A stretch of DNA of 64,000 bases from Massalongia carnosa. Taxonomy: Eukaryota. Numbering within the stretch: position 1 is the stretch's first letter; every line of letters begins with the position of its first letter. The DNA is taken from NCBI GenBank assembly GCA_965645245.1, contig OZ287084.1, positions 1,612,001-1,676,000 of the forward strand, given 5' to 3'. The notes beneath the pieces were generated by a model, which searched no databases, had not been told where the DNA came from, and saw nothing but the letters and a program-made list of their open reading frames with translations. The translations under genes and the position numbers were made by a program. Positions 45,260-56,831 of the stretch are shown here, one piece after another.

Positions 45260-46948
45260 ATGGGGAGCTCTTTTGTCGTGCCCAACGACGCCCCCCCCGA
45301 TTCACTAGACGAGCATCGTCACTTCCTCACCAATGTGCTTAATAACTTAACTAACTGCGAGGCATATCAGAAGCAAAGACCTATGAATGTTCAGTCTTAC
45401 ACCCCGTTACTCTCCAGTATGCTCAGCCTACTGGAAAAGATGCGCAACCAGCCCACAATGGATCAGCTCCAAGCTACCATCAACCAAATAAAGAACACTA
45501 CAGAGCAAACGCTCACTAAAGTCACCTATGTCGAGCGCAAGCAAGACACCGCCCGCACAACACCCACTACCTCCTCCGCGGCCACTACTGGCTACAAGAG
45601 GACGATAAGCTGGGCAGAACGGGCAGCCTTTGCTGCCTCGGCCCCAACGATCTCTACGCTTTCGGGGACGTCCATCCCCGCTCCTATACTAGAAGAGAAA
45701 GCTCGTGAAATCGTCGTCAAACTGAACAACGAAGCCATAGCAAAGGATCTGGCCAAACTGGCCTCCTCAGCGCTCAAAGACAGAATCAACGCGGCAATAT
45801 CTAACGCGTTAAAGGATCATAACAACACGAGAATTCCGACCAATCAAAACGCTCCCGCCCCCCCTATTTCCAATGGCACAGCCAAGGCAGCAGCCGTAGC
45901 AATAGCAACAAGGGTCCTCCCTAGCGGAGACCTACAGGTAATAGTCAACAACGCCTCAGACACGGAACGCCTAAGAAAAGACACCCGATGGGCCATCAGG
46001 CTATCGAGCAAAGCTACTATAATACAGCCAAGCTTCGGCTTAATCGCGCACTTTGTACCGGCTAATCTAAGCATGACAGACATCAAGGAACGCCTCTGGG
46101 AGGAAAATAAGTCACATATGCCCGTTAGGAATAGGGTAACAGGAGTAGAATGGTTGTCCCGCACGAGTAAGGCAGGAGCCACAGCTAGATCCATGGTGGT
46201 ATACTTTGAGAACGAATTAGACTGCAATGCCATTTTGGCCTCGCAGCTATATTTGGATGGGAGATCTTTCGCGGTGGAAAGACATGTTCCGGAGGCCAGG
46301 CTTAGGCAATGTTTCCGGTGCGGTAAGTATGGTCACACGAGCCATGCTTGCCGACAGAAGCATCAAACATGCTTCAAATGTTCCGAAAGTCACCACATGA
46401 CCGATTGCAAATCGGTCACTCTCAAATGCAATGCGTGTGGCAAGGAGGGCCACGGGGCAAGCGCAGAGTCTTGCCCGGAGCGAAAGAAGGAAAAGGCCCG
46501 AATGAAGCGGGCCAAAGAAGAAGCTCTCCCCTTCTGGCCTCTCAGGGCCTCCTCAAGGGAGACCCTAAATGGTCAGGAACAAGAGCAGAGCAGTCCGCCG
46601 GCATCGACCACGCCGACGGTCACGACAAGCAGTGAGGTGACCCCAGCCTCAACCCAGGTGGAACAGGGCCCTCGAACGGGCTCTGTACGACAGAAAGATT
46701 GGCAAACCGTGCCAACTCTCCGCAAGGGGAAGAAGCGGGCGCATGGGGAGGTAGAGCCCCTGGCAGACAACCCCAGTTCTACCAACAGGAGCATGGCACA
46801 AGCAGCTTCTAAGAAGGGAAAGAAGAAACCCTCCTCGAAGGCTGTGAAAGTCTTGAGCGATAAGAAGAACGACGATAGTTCTTCAATGACCACCAGATCG
46901 GCAACCCGTCGCTTGCAGCCCAGTACTCAGACAGAAGAGGAACTATGA
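45260..46948 (+). CDS. LINE-B ORF1
   Basis: Three CCHC knuckles (CFRCGKYGH, CFKCSESH, CNACGKEGH); first ATG at 45260. Confidence 0.9.
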   Translation: MGSSFVVPNDAPPDSLDEHRHFLTNVLNNLTNCEAYQKQRPMNVQSYTPLLSSMLSLLEKMRNQPTMDQLQATINQIKNTTEQTLTKVTYVERKQDTARTTPTTSSAATTGYKRTISWAERAAFAASAPTISTLSGTSIPAPILEEKAREIVVKLNNEAIAKDLAKLASSALKDRINAAISNALKDHNNTRIPTNQNAPAPPISNGTAKAAAVAIATRVLPSGDLQVIVNNASDTERLRKDTRWAIRLSSKATIIQPSFGLIAHFVPANLSMTDIKERLWEENKSHMPVRNRVTGVEWLSRTSKAGATARSMVVYFENELDCNAILASQLYLDGRSFAVERHVPEARLRQCFRCGKYGHTSHACRQKHQTCFKCSESHHMTDCKSVTLKCNACGKEGHGASAESCPERKKEKARMKRAKEEALPFWPLRASSRETLNGQEQEQSSPPASTTPTVTTSSEVTPASTQVEQGPRTGSVRQKDWQTVPTLRKGKKRAHGEVEPLADNPSSTNRSMAQAASKKGKKKPSSKAVKVLSDKKNDDSSSMTTRSATRRLQPSTQTEEEL

Positions 46949-49900
46949 GTGAATACACCCACTATCTGTCCATACTTCAGTACAACTGCAACAAATTCAA
47001 GAACACTGTCATGGCGGACTTCCTTCGCAGGGAGGAAACCATGAAATACGGCATCCTGGCCATCCAGGAACCCTGGGCGGGGAACCCCTATCAACACACC
47101 ACGCACAATCCGGTCAAAAATGTTTTCCACCTTCTCTATCCCCCCGAAACAGGAGAACAAGAGCTCCCTCCGAGAGTATGCATGTTCGTCAACAAAGACA
47201 TAGCAAGCGCCTCTTGGAAGGTAACCTTCCACTCTCCCGATCTGATGACTTTGCACTTGGAATTTCCTGGCGAAACCCAGCGAGTCATCAATATCCATAA
47301 CATCTACAATCCCTCCCCCTCTCAGGGAAACTACAGCACCTTGCCAGACCTAAGCAAGGCGCTAGAGGTGGAGGGAGAACACATAGTGGTAGGGGACTTC
47401 AATCTTCACCATCCCCTATGGACTGGCGAAGACTACCATCATCAATATCCGGAGGCAGACCAACTACTGGAGATTCTCGATCATAGCGAGCTAGAACTTC
47501 TGCTCCCCCCTGGCACCATAACATACGATCATAGATCAGCACAGAGCACGATAGACTTAACGTTCGCAACCCCCGCAGTGGCTTCAGCCGTACTCATGTG
47601 CGATGTGAGAAGAGAGTTGGATTGTGACTCAGATCACTACCCCATTGGCACAGCATTCGATATCACCACAGTTAAGAGGGCCATAAGGTCCTCTTGCATG
47701 TGGTCTAAGACTGATAGGAAAAAGCTACTAGACACGATGACAGACAAGCTCCCGGCACCTAGGAGCGTGAGCACAGTTCAAGAACTCGACAACTTGGCCC
47801 ATGAGTTAGTTGAAGCTATCCAGCACGCAGTGGAGACAGCAGTCCCACTTTCTAGAGGGTGCAATCATTCAAAACCTGGCTTTACCCCGGAATGCAAAGA
47901 GGCAGTCACCCTATGCAGACGTCTCAGGCACAAGCATAAGGAAACGCGCTCTCTGGAAGACTGGGAAGCCTACCGAGAGGCGAGAAACAGCAAAAACAAA
48001 ATCGTACAAAAAGCTCTTAAGACAACACATAGGGACAGGGTAGAGGAGGCCACCAGCACTCCAGATGGTCTCTGGAAGCTTGCGAAATGGGCTAAGAACA
48101 GGTCGACCCCATTCCAAGCCTTCACCCCAACCCTAATGAAAAGCGATGGCTCCAAAGTGACGGAGGCTTCGGGCAAGGCTAAACTGCTTCGCAGACAGTT
48201 TTTTCCTATCCCGGACGCGACCAATCTTGAAGACATCGCCGATTATCACTATCCAGAGCCAATCCAATTTGCTCCCATCTCAGCTCGGGAAATAACTAAA
48301 GCCATCACAAAGGCAGCACCACTCTCGGCCCCAGGCCCCGACGGACTGCCTAATAGAATCCTCAGAGATGTGTTACCGCTCATCATGCCCACACTTGTAG
48401 CTCTGTATAACTCCAGCTGGGAACTGGGTCATCACCCCAATGCTTTCAGAGAATCCACCACGGTGGTTCTCAGAAAACCAGCTAAGGCCGACTACAGTTT
48501 GCCGAATTCATACAGACCCATAGCCTTGCTCAACACTTTAGGTAAGACTATGGAGAAGATCATTGCAACCAGAATCAATCACGCGGTGGAGACCGAGAGC
48601 CTACTCCCCAGACTCCATATAGGCGGCAGGCGAGCTAGATCACCCGAACACGCCCTCCATCTGCTCCTAGAGGCCATCCACGCAGCCTGGCTTAACAACG
48701 AAGTGGCCACAGTGCTCATGCTGGACATCTCGGGTGCTTACGATAACGTATCCCACGAAAGACTACTGCACAACCTACGGAAGAGAAGAATAGGCGGCAA
48801 CATAGCTAAATGGATCGAAAGCTTCCTTCAGGAAAGGAAAACGACCATCGCCATGCCCGAATACACCTCGCAACCGTTCACCACGAACTTTCGAGTCCCT
48901 CAGGGATCCCCTATATCTCCTATTCTTTATCTCTTCTACAACGCCGACCTTATGGAAGAGGAAGGGCCCAAATAGATGAACTTGGGCTATGTCGATGACA
49001 TATCCAAACTAATTATTGGAACTTCAGCAGAACAGAACTGTAGAAATCTCGAAGCCTCGTTCATGACGAGGGAGCAGAAATGGGCGGACACACACGCCTC
49101 CAAATTTGCCCCCGCCAAATTCCAGCTCTTGCACTTCATCAAAGGACCCTCAGAGACGGATTTGACCCCCCCGGAGAGAGTTATCTCCCTAGCGGGCAAA
49201 ACCATCAAGCCACAGCATACCGCCACCTACCTGGGCGCCACATTTGACGACAAGCTCAAATGGCACGCCCATTTAAGGAAACTGGAAGCCAAAACCTCAA
49301 AGAGACTGGGGGCCCTAGGCAGCCTTGCGGGCTCCACATGGGGCACCAGTCTTGCGAGCCTTCGAAGGATCTATCAAGCCACCATACTACCGCAACTCAC
49401 CTTTGGATGCTCTGCATGGTATGTTCCCGAGGGCGGATACGGGACTATCACGCAAGCAACCGCCGTGCTCAAAGCCGTCAGATCTATTCAGCGACGGGCG
49501 GCACTCATCATTTCAGGGGCATTTAGAACAACCTCGGGCCCGGCCTTGGATATGGAGCTTCACCTCCTGCCTGGCCGGCAACGCATGGAGCAGGCAGTGA
49601 ACGAGTCACTACTGCGCATACGTTCAAGCCCCCTTTACGCCATAATACGTGAGATCCGCGCCTGGACAAGCCAAGCGGACTCCCACTATCGATACTGGAG
49701 CCCTCTAGCTAAGCTAGAGTCCCGCTTAATGACTTCGGGGAAATGCCCTCAACCCTGGCGGTTAGAGGTCATTTTTCCACTCATAGTGGAACCATGGTGG
49801 TCTCCCCCCGAAACGCACATTGCTTCCAGTAAAGAGGAAGCAATCAAAGAGCATGACAAGATGACATCAGAGCCGAACCAAATAGTCATATACACGGATG

Positions 49901-50799
49901 GGAGTGATAACCCCTTCGGAGTTGGTGCGGCAGCAGTCATCCCCAGCGACAACACACGGGTAGGAACCCGCCTCGGAACGAACAAAGAAGCCACAGTTTA
50001 CCTCGCGGAACTAGTGGGCATCGACCTGGGACTGGCGGCGGCTATTGCACGATGGCAAGGGGAGATAATAACGGTTTTTGCAGATAATCAATCAGCCATC
50101 AAATCAGTAGCCGACCCCGGAACTCAATCAGGTCAGTTCATACTACGCGAAATCATTGGAAAACTCCACGCATGCCGGGAGATGCAGGCCAGAGTCAGAC
50201 TCTGCTGGATACCTGGGCATATGGGAGTAGAAGGCAACGAGATAGCAGACCAAGCAGCAAAAGAAGCATCAGGCTGGTTAGAACCTGGCCAGAGTCCCTC
50301 CATCACCCACTTCGACTTCCTCGGACACACAGTGAAGTCGGCGATAAAACGCAACATGAGGACAATGATCAGCAAAGAATGGGCTGGGGATTGGGAGGCA
50401 GAAAAACGCGGACAGATGACGAAAAAGCTCCTCCCCCAGCCCACTAACAAGATCTTGCAGCTCTACCAGGGGCTTCACAAGTCAATGAGTTCTACCCTGG
50501 TGCAGATGAGAACAGGTAAGATTGGTCTTCGCAAGTATCTCTCAGATATAGGCCGCACCGAAACGGGCGAATGCCCATGCGGCTTCGGTTATCAAACAGT
50601 TCACCATGTGCTTCTAGAGTGCGTCAGGCACCATCGATTGCGCATGGAGACTATCTGGATAGGCCGGAAGGTGTTCGATCTCCAAGAAATTTTTAGCACC
50701 ACCAGACTGGCCAAGGCAGCATCCAAATTCATGCTATCCTCACGTCTCCTCGGCCAATTTGGAGACGTGAGGATAGCAACCGAACAATCCACGAGTTAA
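46945..50799 (+). pseudogene. LINE-B ORF2 (APE, RT, RNase H, Cys-rich end) with one in-frame TAG at 48973-48975
   Basis: LQYNC, IQEPW, GDFNLHH, SDH, PGPDG, PQGSPISP, YVDD, YTDGS, DNQSA, WIPGH.G..GNE.AD, CPCG..TVHHVLLEC. Confidence 0.95.
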
Positions 50800-51159
50800 C
50801 GGCAGGCCGGCTCTTGTTTTATCCCGCTCACAGAATAGTCTCTACCATGGTAGGGCTTGCATGTATCAACACCAAGCACAGGGGCCCAGGAGGGTGGCGT
50901 TGGAGTTCTATTTATCGATTTGTCTCAAGCGGTTTGTCCCTCTGTTCGTGTCTTCTTTTCCCTCTTCCTTGCATTCACAACCCCTCGTACAGCTAAAAGA
51001 GTTTTTGTATTTTTTGTACTTTCAGCGCTTAGTGCAGCAATTCTGCCCTCAGCAGACTTAGATACCCATCCCCTGGGACACCCCCCGATGTAGTTTAGCA
51101 CTCCCGCATAAGGGCCTTCGGCCCTTGGATCGGAGTATGAATCAATCAATCAATCAATC

Positions 51160-54100
51160 CCTCAAGTTCTGCCAGTACTTGTTCTGATGATCAAAACCGC
51201 GCTGCGCGGTGTGAACTCCACTAGATGAATTCATGTGAAGTTGTCTGATGAAGGAGAAGAATTTGACGTGGGTAAGCGGTTTGGTCAGTCCGTCCGCTAC
51301 CATGTGTTCTGTTGAAACATAGGTGAGGTCTATTCGACCCTCTGTGACCTCATTCCGTATGAAGTGATGCTGAATGTCGATGTGCTTAGTCCTTGAATGT
51401 AAGACGGGATTATTGGCCAGTGCTATAGCACTCTGTTTATCACCTTTCAATGCTATAGCGCCTTCCCTTTCAAGTACATTCACTGTCGGAGTAGCATCAT
51501 CCTGCATCAGGCTGAGTTCTGTCATCAATAAGCGTATCCATATGGTCTCCTTAGCAGCTAAGATGAGTGCCATATATTCGGCTTCTGTGGATGAGAGGGC
51601 AACGGTTTTCTGTCTTTTTAAGGCCCAGCTGATTGGTCCATTGTTCAGCATGAAGACGTATCCGGAGGTGGACTTGCGGTCTTCCTTGTCACCGGCCCAA
51701 TCAGAATCGGAATAGCCCTGTATAGACAAATCTCCGCCATCAAAGGTAATGCCTCTGTCTCTGGTTGCACTGAGATATCTGAGAATCTGCTTGGCTGCCT
51801 CCATGTGTGATTTGCCAGGATTTTTGGCATGTCGGCTGACCACTGTGGTCGCGTAGGCAATGTCAGGGCTTGTTTCTATCATAGCAAACATGATGGAGCC
51901 GACGATTGCTTGATACTGTTTAATGTCTGATTCTGAGGCCTGGGATTCATTTCTGAATAGACTGCCTTCTTTCATTGGGGTGGTGGTAGTTTTCGCGTTC
52001 TGCATATGAAACTTCTCCAGGACCTTTTCGATGTAGGAAGATTGAGATAGTTTGATTGTTCTGTTATCACGATTTCGTTCTACATTTAGGCCTAGATAAT
52101 GACTGATTGAGCCCATGTCCACCATCTTGAACGCAATGTTCAGTTGTTTCTTGACTTCAGATATCATAGGAGATCCCTTTGGACCTATGATGTTCAGATC
52201 ATCAACGAAGGAGGTAACAATTGGACCTCTTATTCCTGCCGAAGAGGAGAAGATACTATGATCTGCGTGAAGTTTGGACAGACCCAGCTTGGTAAGTAGA
52301 AATTCGGATAGCCTTTCATACCATAGGCGTGGAGATTGTTTCAGGCCATAGAGAGCCTTGTTCAGTTTGCAGATCATGCCCGCTTTTTCATATCCTTTGG
52401 GCATTTGGACGTAAATCAATTGAGCTATTACCCCATACAAGAATGCTGTGACGACATCAAGCTGTTCGATGTCCAAGTCATGATGAGCTGCTAAGGCAAA
52501 CAATAATCGGAAGGCCATTGATTTCACTACGGAGGCATAGGTCTGTTCGAAATCTACTCCGTACTGCTGGAGATAGCCTTTCACCACCCATCTGGATTTG
52601 TACCGTGTGATATTTCCATTGACGTCTCGTTTCAGTTTGTATACCCATTTTCCACTGAGAGCAGTATGATTGGGCTCCATATCCTCGGTTATGACAAGAG
52701 TCCATGTTTCGTTCTCGAGAAGACTGTTGTGTTCATTGTCCATGGAACGACTCCAGCTTTCTGAATGTGGACCTTTCATAGCTTGATGGTATGTCTGAGG
52801 TTCAGCTATGTCGAGTTGCGACAGTGCGTCATAGTCTTCCAATCCTGATGATCCTTCCTTTTCCAAGGTTCTGGCAAGAAGAACGAGTGGATCCTCTGTG
52901 TCTATGTCATCGTATGTAGGAGTATAATTGGGTTCATCTAAAGCTGTGTCTGATAGAAGAGACAATGCGTGTTCTATCTGAACATGCTTTCTAGGTCTGC
53001 CACGTCCACGTTTTGGAATCGTTGTGGGGGATGAAATGACTGTTGATTTTTGTTGAGAATTGAGCCGAGATGTCTGCTTATTAATAAGAGCACTAACCGA
53101 ATGCGGATCAAGCACTAAGGGTTATTTCGGCCGTGGCAACACATCACTAATCATTCGAGATGTCATCCATCTGCCAGGGGAGGCAAAACGGAATATATTG
53201 TTAGATGGTGAGGCTACCATTGGTTAGATGGTCAGGCTACCATCAATATAGGCATCCATCGCGAGTCACACGGGTGTCTACCAGGCACCTATGGAGGTGC
53301 CTAACAGGCAGCTATGGGAAGCCTACAGCATTACTGCTGTGTGACTGCTATAAAAGCAGGTAGATAGCCCACATAGATAATAACCCTCAATGACATGTAT
53401 GCTTCTTATTTGCCCTACTTCCGTTTCATGATCAATAGCCTGGTGTTTCAACAATTTTGATGGAGTGACTGTATCGGGAGTCATGATGGCCTCGTATGTA
53501 GGAACGTTGGTCTGGTCTTTGGAGATGGCGTCTTCGTGAACGCGCAGATCTTTGACCCTGATGACCCTGTGGTCCTTTTCCAGAAAGACTCGATAGATCG
53601 TGCATCCATCGTACCCACACAAGACTCCGCGTTGGGCCCGAGGTAGAAATTTGGCCGATTTGCTGTTGGCGACTTTGCGTTCTTCCTCATGAATGAGGAC
53701 ATACACGGTTGATCCTAACACTCGCAGATGATTCAGAGGAGGTGACTTTGACTCGTAAATTTCAAATGGGGTCTTTCCGGATAAAGCATTTGTAGGTCTG
53801 ACGTTTTTTGTGTGAACCATAGCTAAAACCACCTCTGTCCATAGGTAGTCCGGAATGCCTCCTGCAATGATGGTACATCTAGTCATGTCCATGATAGTTC
53901 TGCCTGTTCGTTCAGACACACCGTTTTGTTCCTGTGAATACGGTGCGGAGGGTTCAAACGTTATCTCTTCTTTCAGGAACCAATCATCCGATTTCAGACT
54001 TCGAAGTTCTGTGCAGAAATCAGTTCGAAAGATGTTTATTGGCTTGCTCTTTCCTGTCTTGTTCTGAGCTAGACTGTAGTATGTCAACAGATGATCAAAC

Positions 54101-55650
54101 CATTCGCTCTTCTTGATGCCTGTATACACATGAGTGTATCTGCTGGCATCGCAGGTGAAGGTAAAGAAGTACTGTTCTTCAAGAAGTCCTGCTGGTTTGA
54201 TGGGTCCTACTAGATCGGAATGAACCTTTTGAAAGATGCCTGTTGCTCTCTCCTGAGGTGTCCGGTTGTATATCTTAGTGGCCTTTCCGAGTTCACAGGA
54301 TGAACAGTACCAATCTTTGTTCACGTTGTCTGAGTACGACACACCGAGTCTTTTCAGAAATGCTCAGCAGGTGATCAGGTTTAAATGACCAAGACGCGCA
54401 TGCCATGTTGACAGGTCTGTTATGGCTGACGTGTGGTAGACTGATGCGTTCGGCCACTGAAAGGTGCTCTCATCTGTCTGCATAAGATGTGTAGCCACGT
54501 CTGGGGCGTCCAAGGTCTTTAGTACAAAGTTTCTATTGACTCTTGGCACATAGCCTATGATGTTCTGACTAATCCCGTTGAATAGGGTCCATTTAACATT
54601 GTCATAGTAGATGTTGTTTTGGTTGAGTAGTGCCAGACTGACGAGGTTCACTGGACACTGTGGAATGAAAAGAACGTTGTTCAGTATTAACACTGACGAG
54701 GGTGAGTCGTCCTGTAGTGCAAACGTTTTCCGGATCATTCCCCTCCCTGGAGACGTGCCATCTGATGTAGATCCTGCCAGACCTGTGGAGCGTGTTATGT
54801 AGTTGATGAACGACTGCCTGTGATGCATACGTGCATGTCCGCTGCGCTGTCTAGTAGCCAGGTGTCTCTGTTGAGATGGTTGATGGTCATGACCTTCTGT
54901 AGAGTGGTAGTCATGACCACTGTGAGTCAACTGCTCACTGTGGGAGTTGTAGTGACTGTGGTGCCTGGAGTTGACGTGGTGACTTCTGGCTTGGAGTTCT
55001 TTTGTCTCTTGACCCTCCCTGATTCAGCCGTGTCTCCTCTCGCCCGTTTTAGATGGGGGAATTTCTGGAAACACTCATCTGGCCAATGTCGTGTTCTGTT
55101 CCTATTTACACACTCTGGAACGGTGCAACTTCCGATAGGTGCTCTACCTCTGTTGGAAGCGCCAGTGTGAAAAGCCTTGACAGTTAGGTTTCGTGCATAG
55201 GCTATGAGGATTTTTGTTGTTTCCGAAAGGTTTGTGGTGTCGTGCGTCCAGTCCCTGCGGAGTTGTGCAATGAGCGGGTCATACTTGTCTGTGCAGTTAC
55301 CAAGCAGCATTCCCTGAAGTACAAACTCTATGGAGTCGACGTTCACCTTGACCTCTTCGATCAACATGCCCTTGATCTGATTGAAGGCACCGTCATACTC
55401 TGAACAGTATTGACTGACTGTGTCGAAGTCTCTCATCTTTTTCGTACTAACCCTCAAGATGACATCCGTGATGCTCATTGGTGCCACGTCCTGGAATCTA
55501 TTCTTCAGAATGGCCCTCATCTCGACAGCGGTCTTGTTATTGATGAGGTTGTAGTGACATGGTGCAACCAGTCCATGGATGATTCCAATAGCCTTGGTCA
55601 TCTCATATCAAGCTGGTTATCGCTTTGATATGCGTAAGCTTTCCAGCTTA
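51160..55650 (-). mobile_element. Copia-A internal region, degenerate, both LTRs missing
   Basis: Gag 54927-55601, protease/GAG-pre-integrase 54364-54930, integrase 53411-54342 (HSDLVGP, EQNGVSER), RT-RNase H 51154-53115 (FVDD, YSDSDWAG). Confidence 0.92.
53161..53395 (+). repeat. ~235-bp LTR-like insert in Copia-A, ending in the dispersed repeat
   Basis: TGTCAT...ATGACA ends, internal tandem duplications, and the TGACTGCTATAAAAGCAGG core; no TSD. Confidence 0.6.
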
Positions 55651-55724
55651 TTCGTTAGGTAGGTTTACGTTCTAAAGAGACTCGTTTTGGATTTGATAAA
55701 TTGATCTGGTTTATTTAAGATGGT

Positions 55725-56597
55725 TGTTGATGATAGAAATCATCCCTAGCTAAATATCTATTTTATCTTATCCCATCACCTTTGTGTGTACTCGGTAGCC
55801 AGCCATTCACTAAGTGCAACACTTGCTAACCGAGTGACACTTCTATTAGTGGTGATATTGGCAGGCCACCTACCAATTAGTGTGGTCTAATCGGTTAACA
55901 CACCCCCTTGGTGAAGATCTTCTTCTTCTCTATGGAGAAGATCTTTATCAACCTCTTTAGTATTGTCATTCTCCGCACCCCCGAGGCCGAGTAGCCTCAC
56001 GAACTCTTTATGACGTTGAGGTGGTAGTGATTTGGTTAATCCGTCAGCTAGAATGTTGGTGGTTGATACCCATTCTATGCTTATCTTTCCGAGAGCGATC
56101 TCCTGTCTTAGCCAGTGTTTGTGAATATCCACATGCCTCAGTTTGGTAATTAATCGATTGGTGGTTAGTGCTCTTATGGTCTGCATATTATCACATTGAA
56201 TGCTAGTGATATGATTCAAATCCAGATGGATGGATTGGAAAAATCGAATCCACCAGATTAGCTCCTTGCCTGCTGCAGATATAGCTAGTAATTCGGCTTC
56301 AGTGGAGCTGGTCGTTACAGTCCTCTGTTTGGAAGCTTTCCAATCTATCATTCCGTTGTAGAGTTTAAATGCATATCCCTGAGAGCTATATCTAGTAATC
56401 GTATCGTCAGCAAATGAAGCATCGCTGCTTGCTAGGAAGATGGTTTGTGAATAAGCTCTCAAACTGAACACAATAGATGTTTTGTATGTGCCAGATATTT
56501 TGAGAGTACGATTGACGCAATCCATATGGTGTTTGGATGGGTTGGTTAGGAATTCTGATAGTTTAGAAGCTGATTGGGCCACATCTGGCCTGGTAAT
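55725..56597 (-). mobile_element. Copia-C 3' end (3' LTR 55725-55900, PPT, RNase H)
   Basis: TRPDVAQ, SSDASFAD, SSTEAE, CDNMQ, ADGLTK; TGTTGA...TTAACA LTR next to the purine tract. Continues at 63121. Confidence 0.85.
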
Positions 56598-56831
56598 TGT
56601 TGATGTTACGCTAAACAATGAGAACCCGGATGCGTACCTGCATTACAATTACATAGTCACTACGAATATATTCTAATCAGGTAACTGACCAACCAGTCAG
56701 CGTTCCTGCGACCCCAAACAAGCAAATAGTCGACCAGCCAGTCAACTTTTGCTTCGACCCCCCACCAAACGGTGCAGACGCACCAGATCGACCAGACCCG
56801 ACCGAACCAATCATATTTCAGTACCGCAGCC

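Larger units (their letters stand above)
44826..51159 (+). mobile_element. LINE-B: near full-length Tad1-like LINE with RNase H
   Basis: ORF1, ORF2, 3' UTR and (ATCA)n tail at 51140-51159; no TSD found. Confidence 0.93.

Noticed and set aside
48973..48975. Programmed stop-codon readthrough in LINE-B ORF2
   Set aside because: The TAG lies inside the RT domain just before YVDD; a point mutation is simpler.
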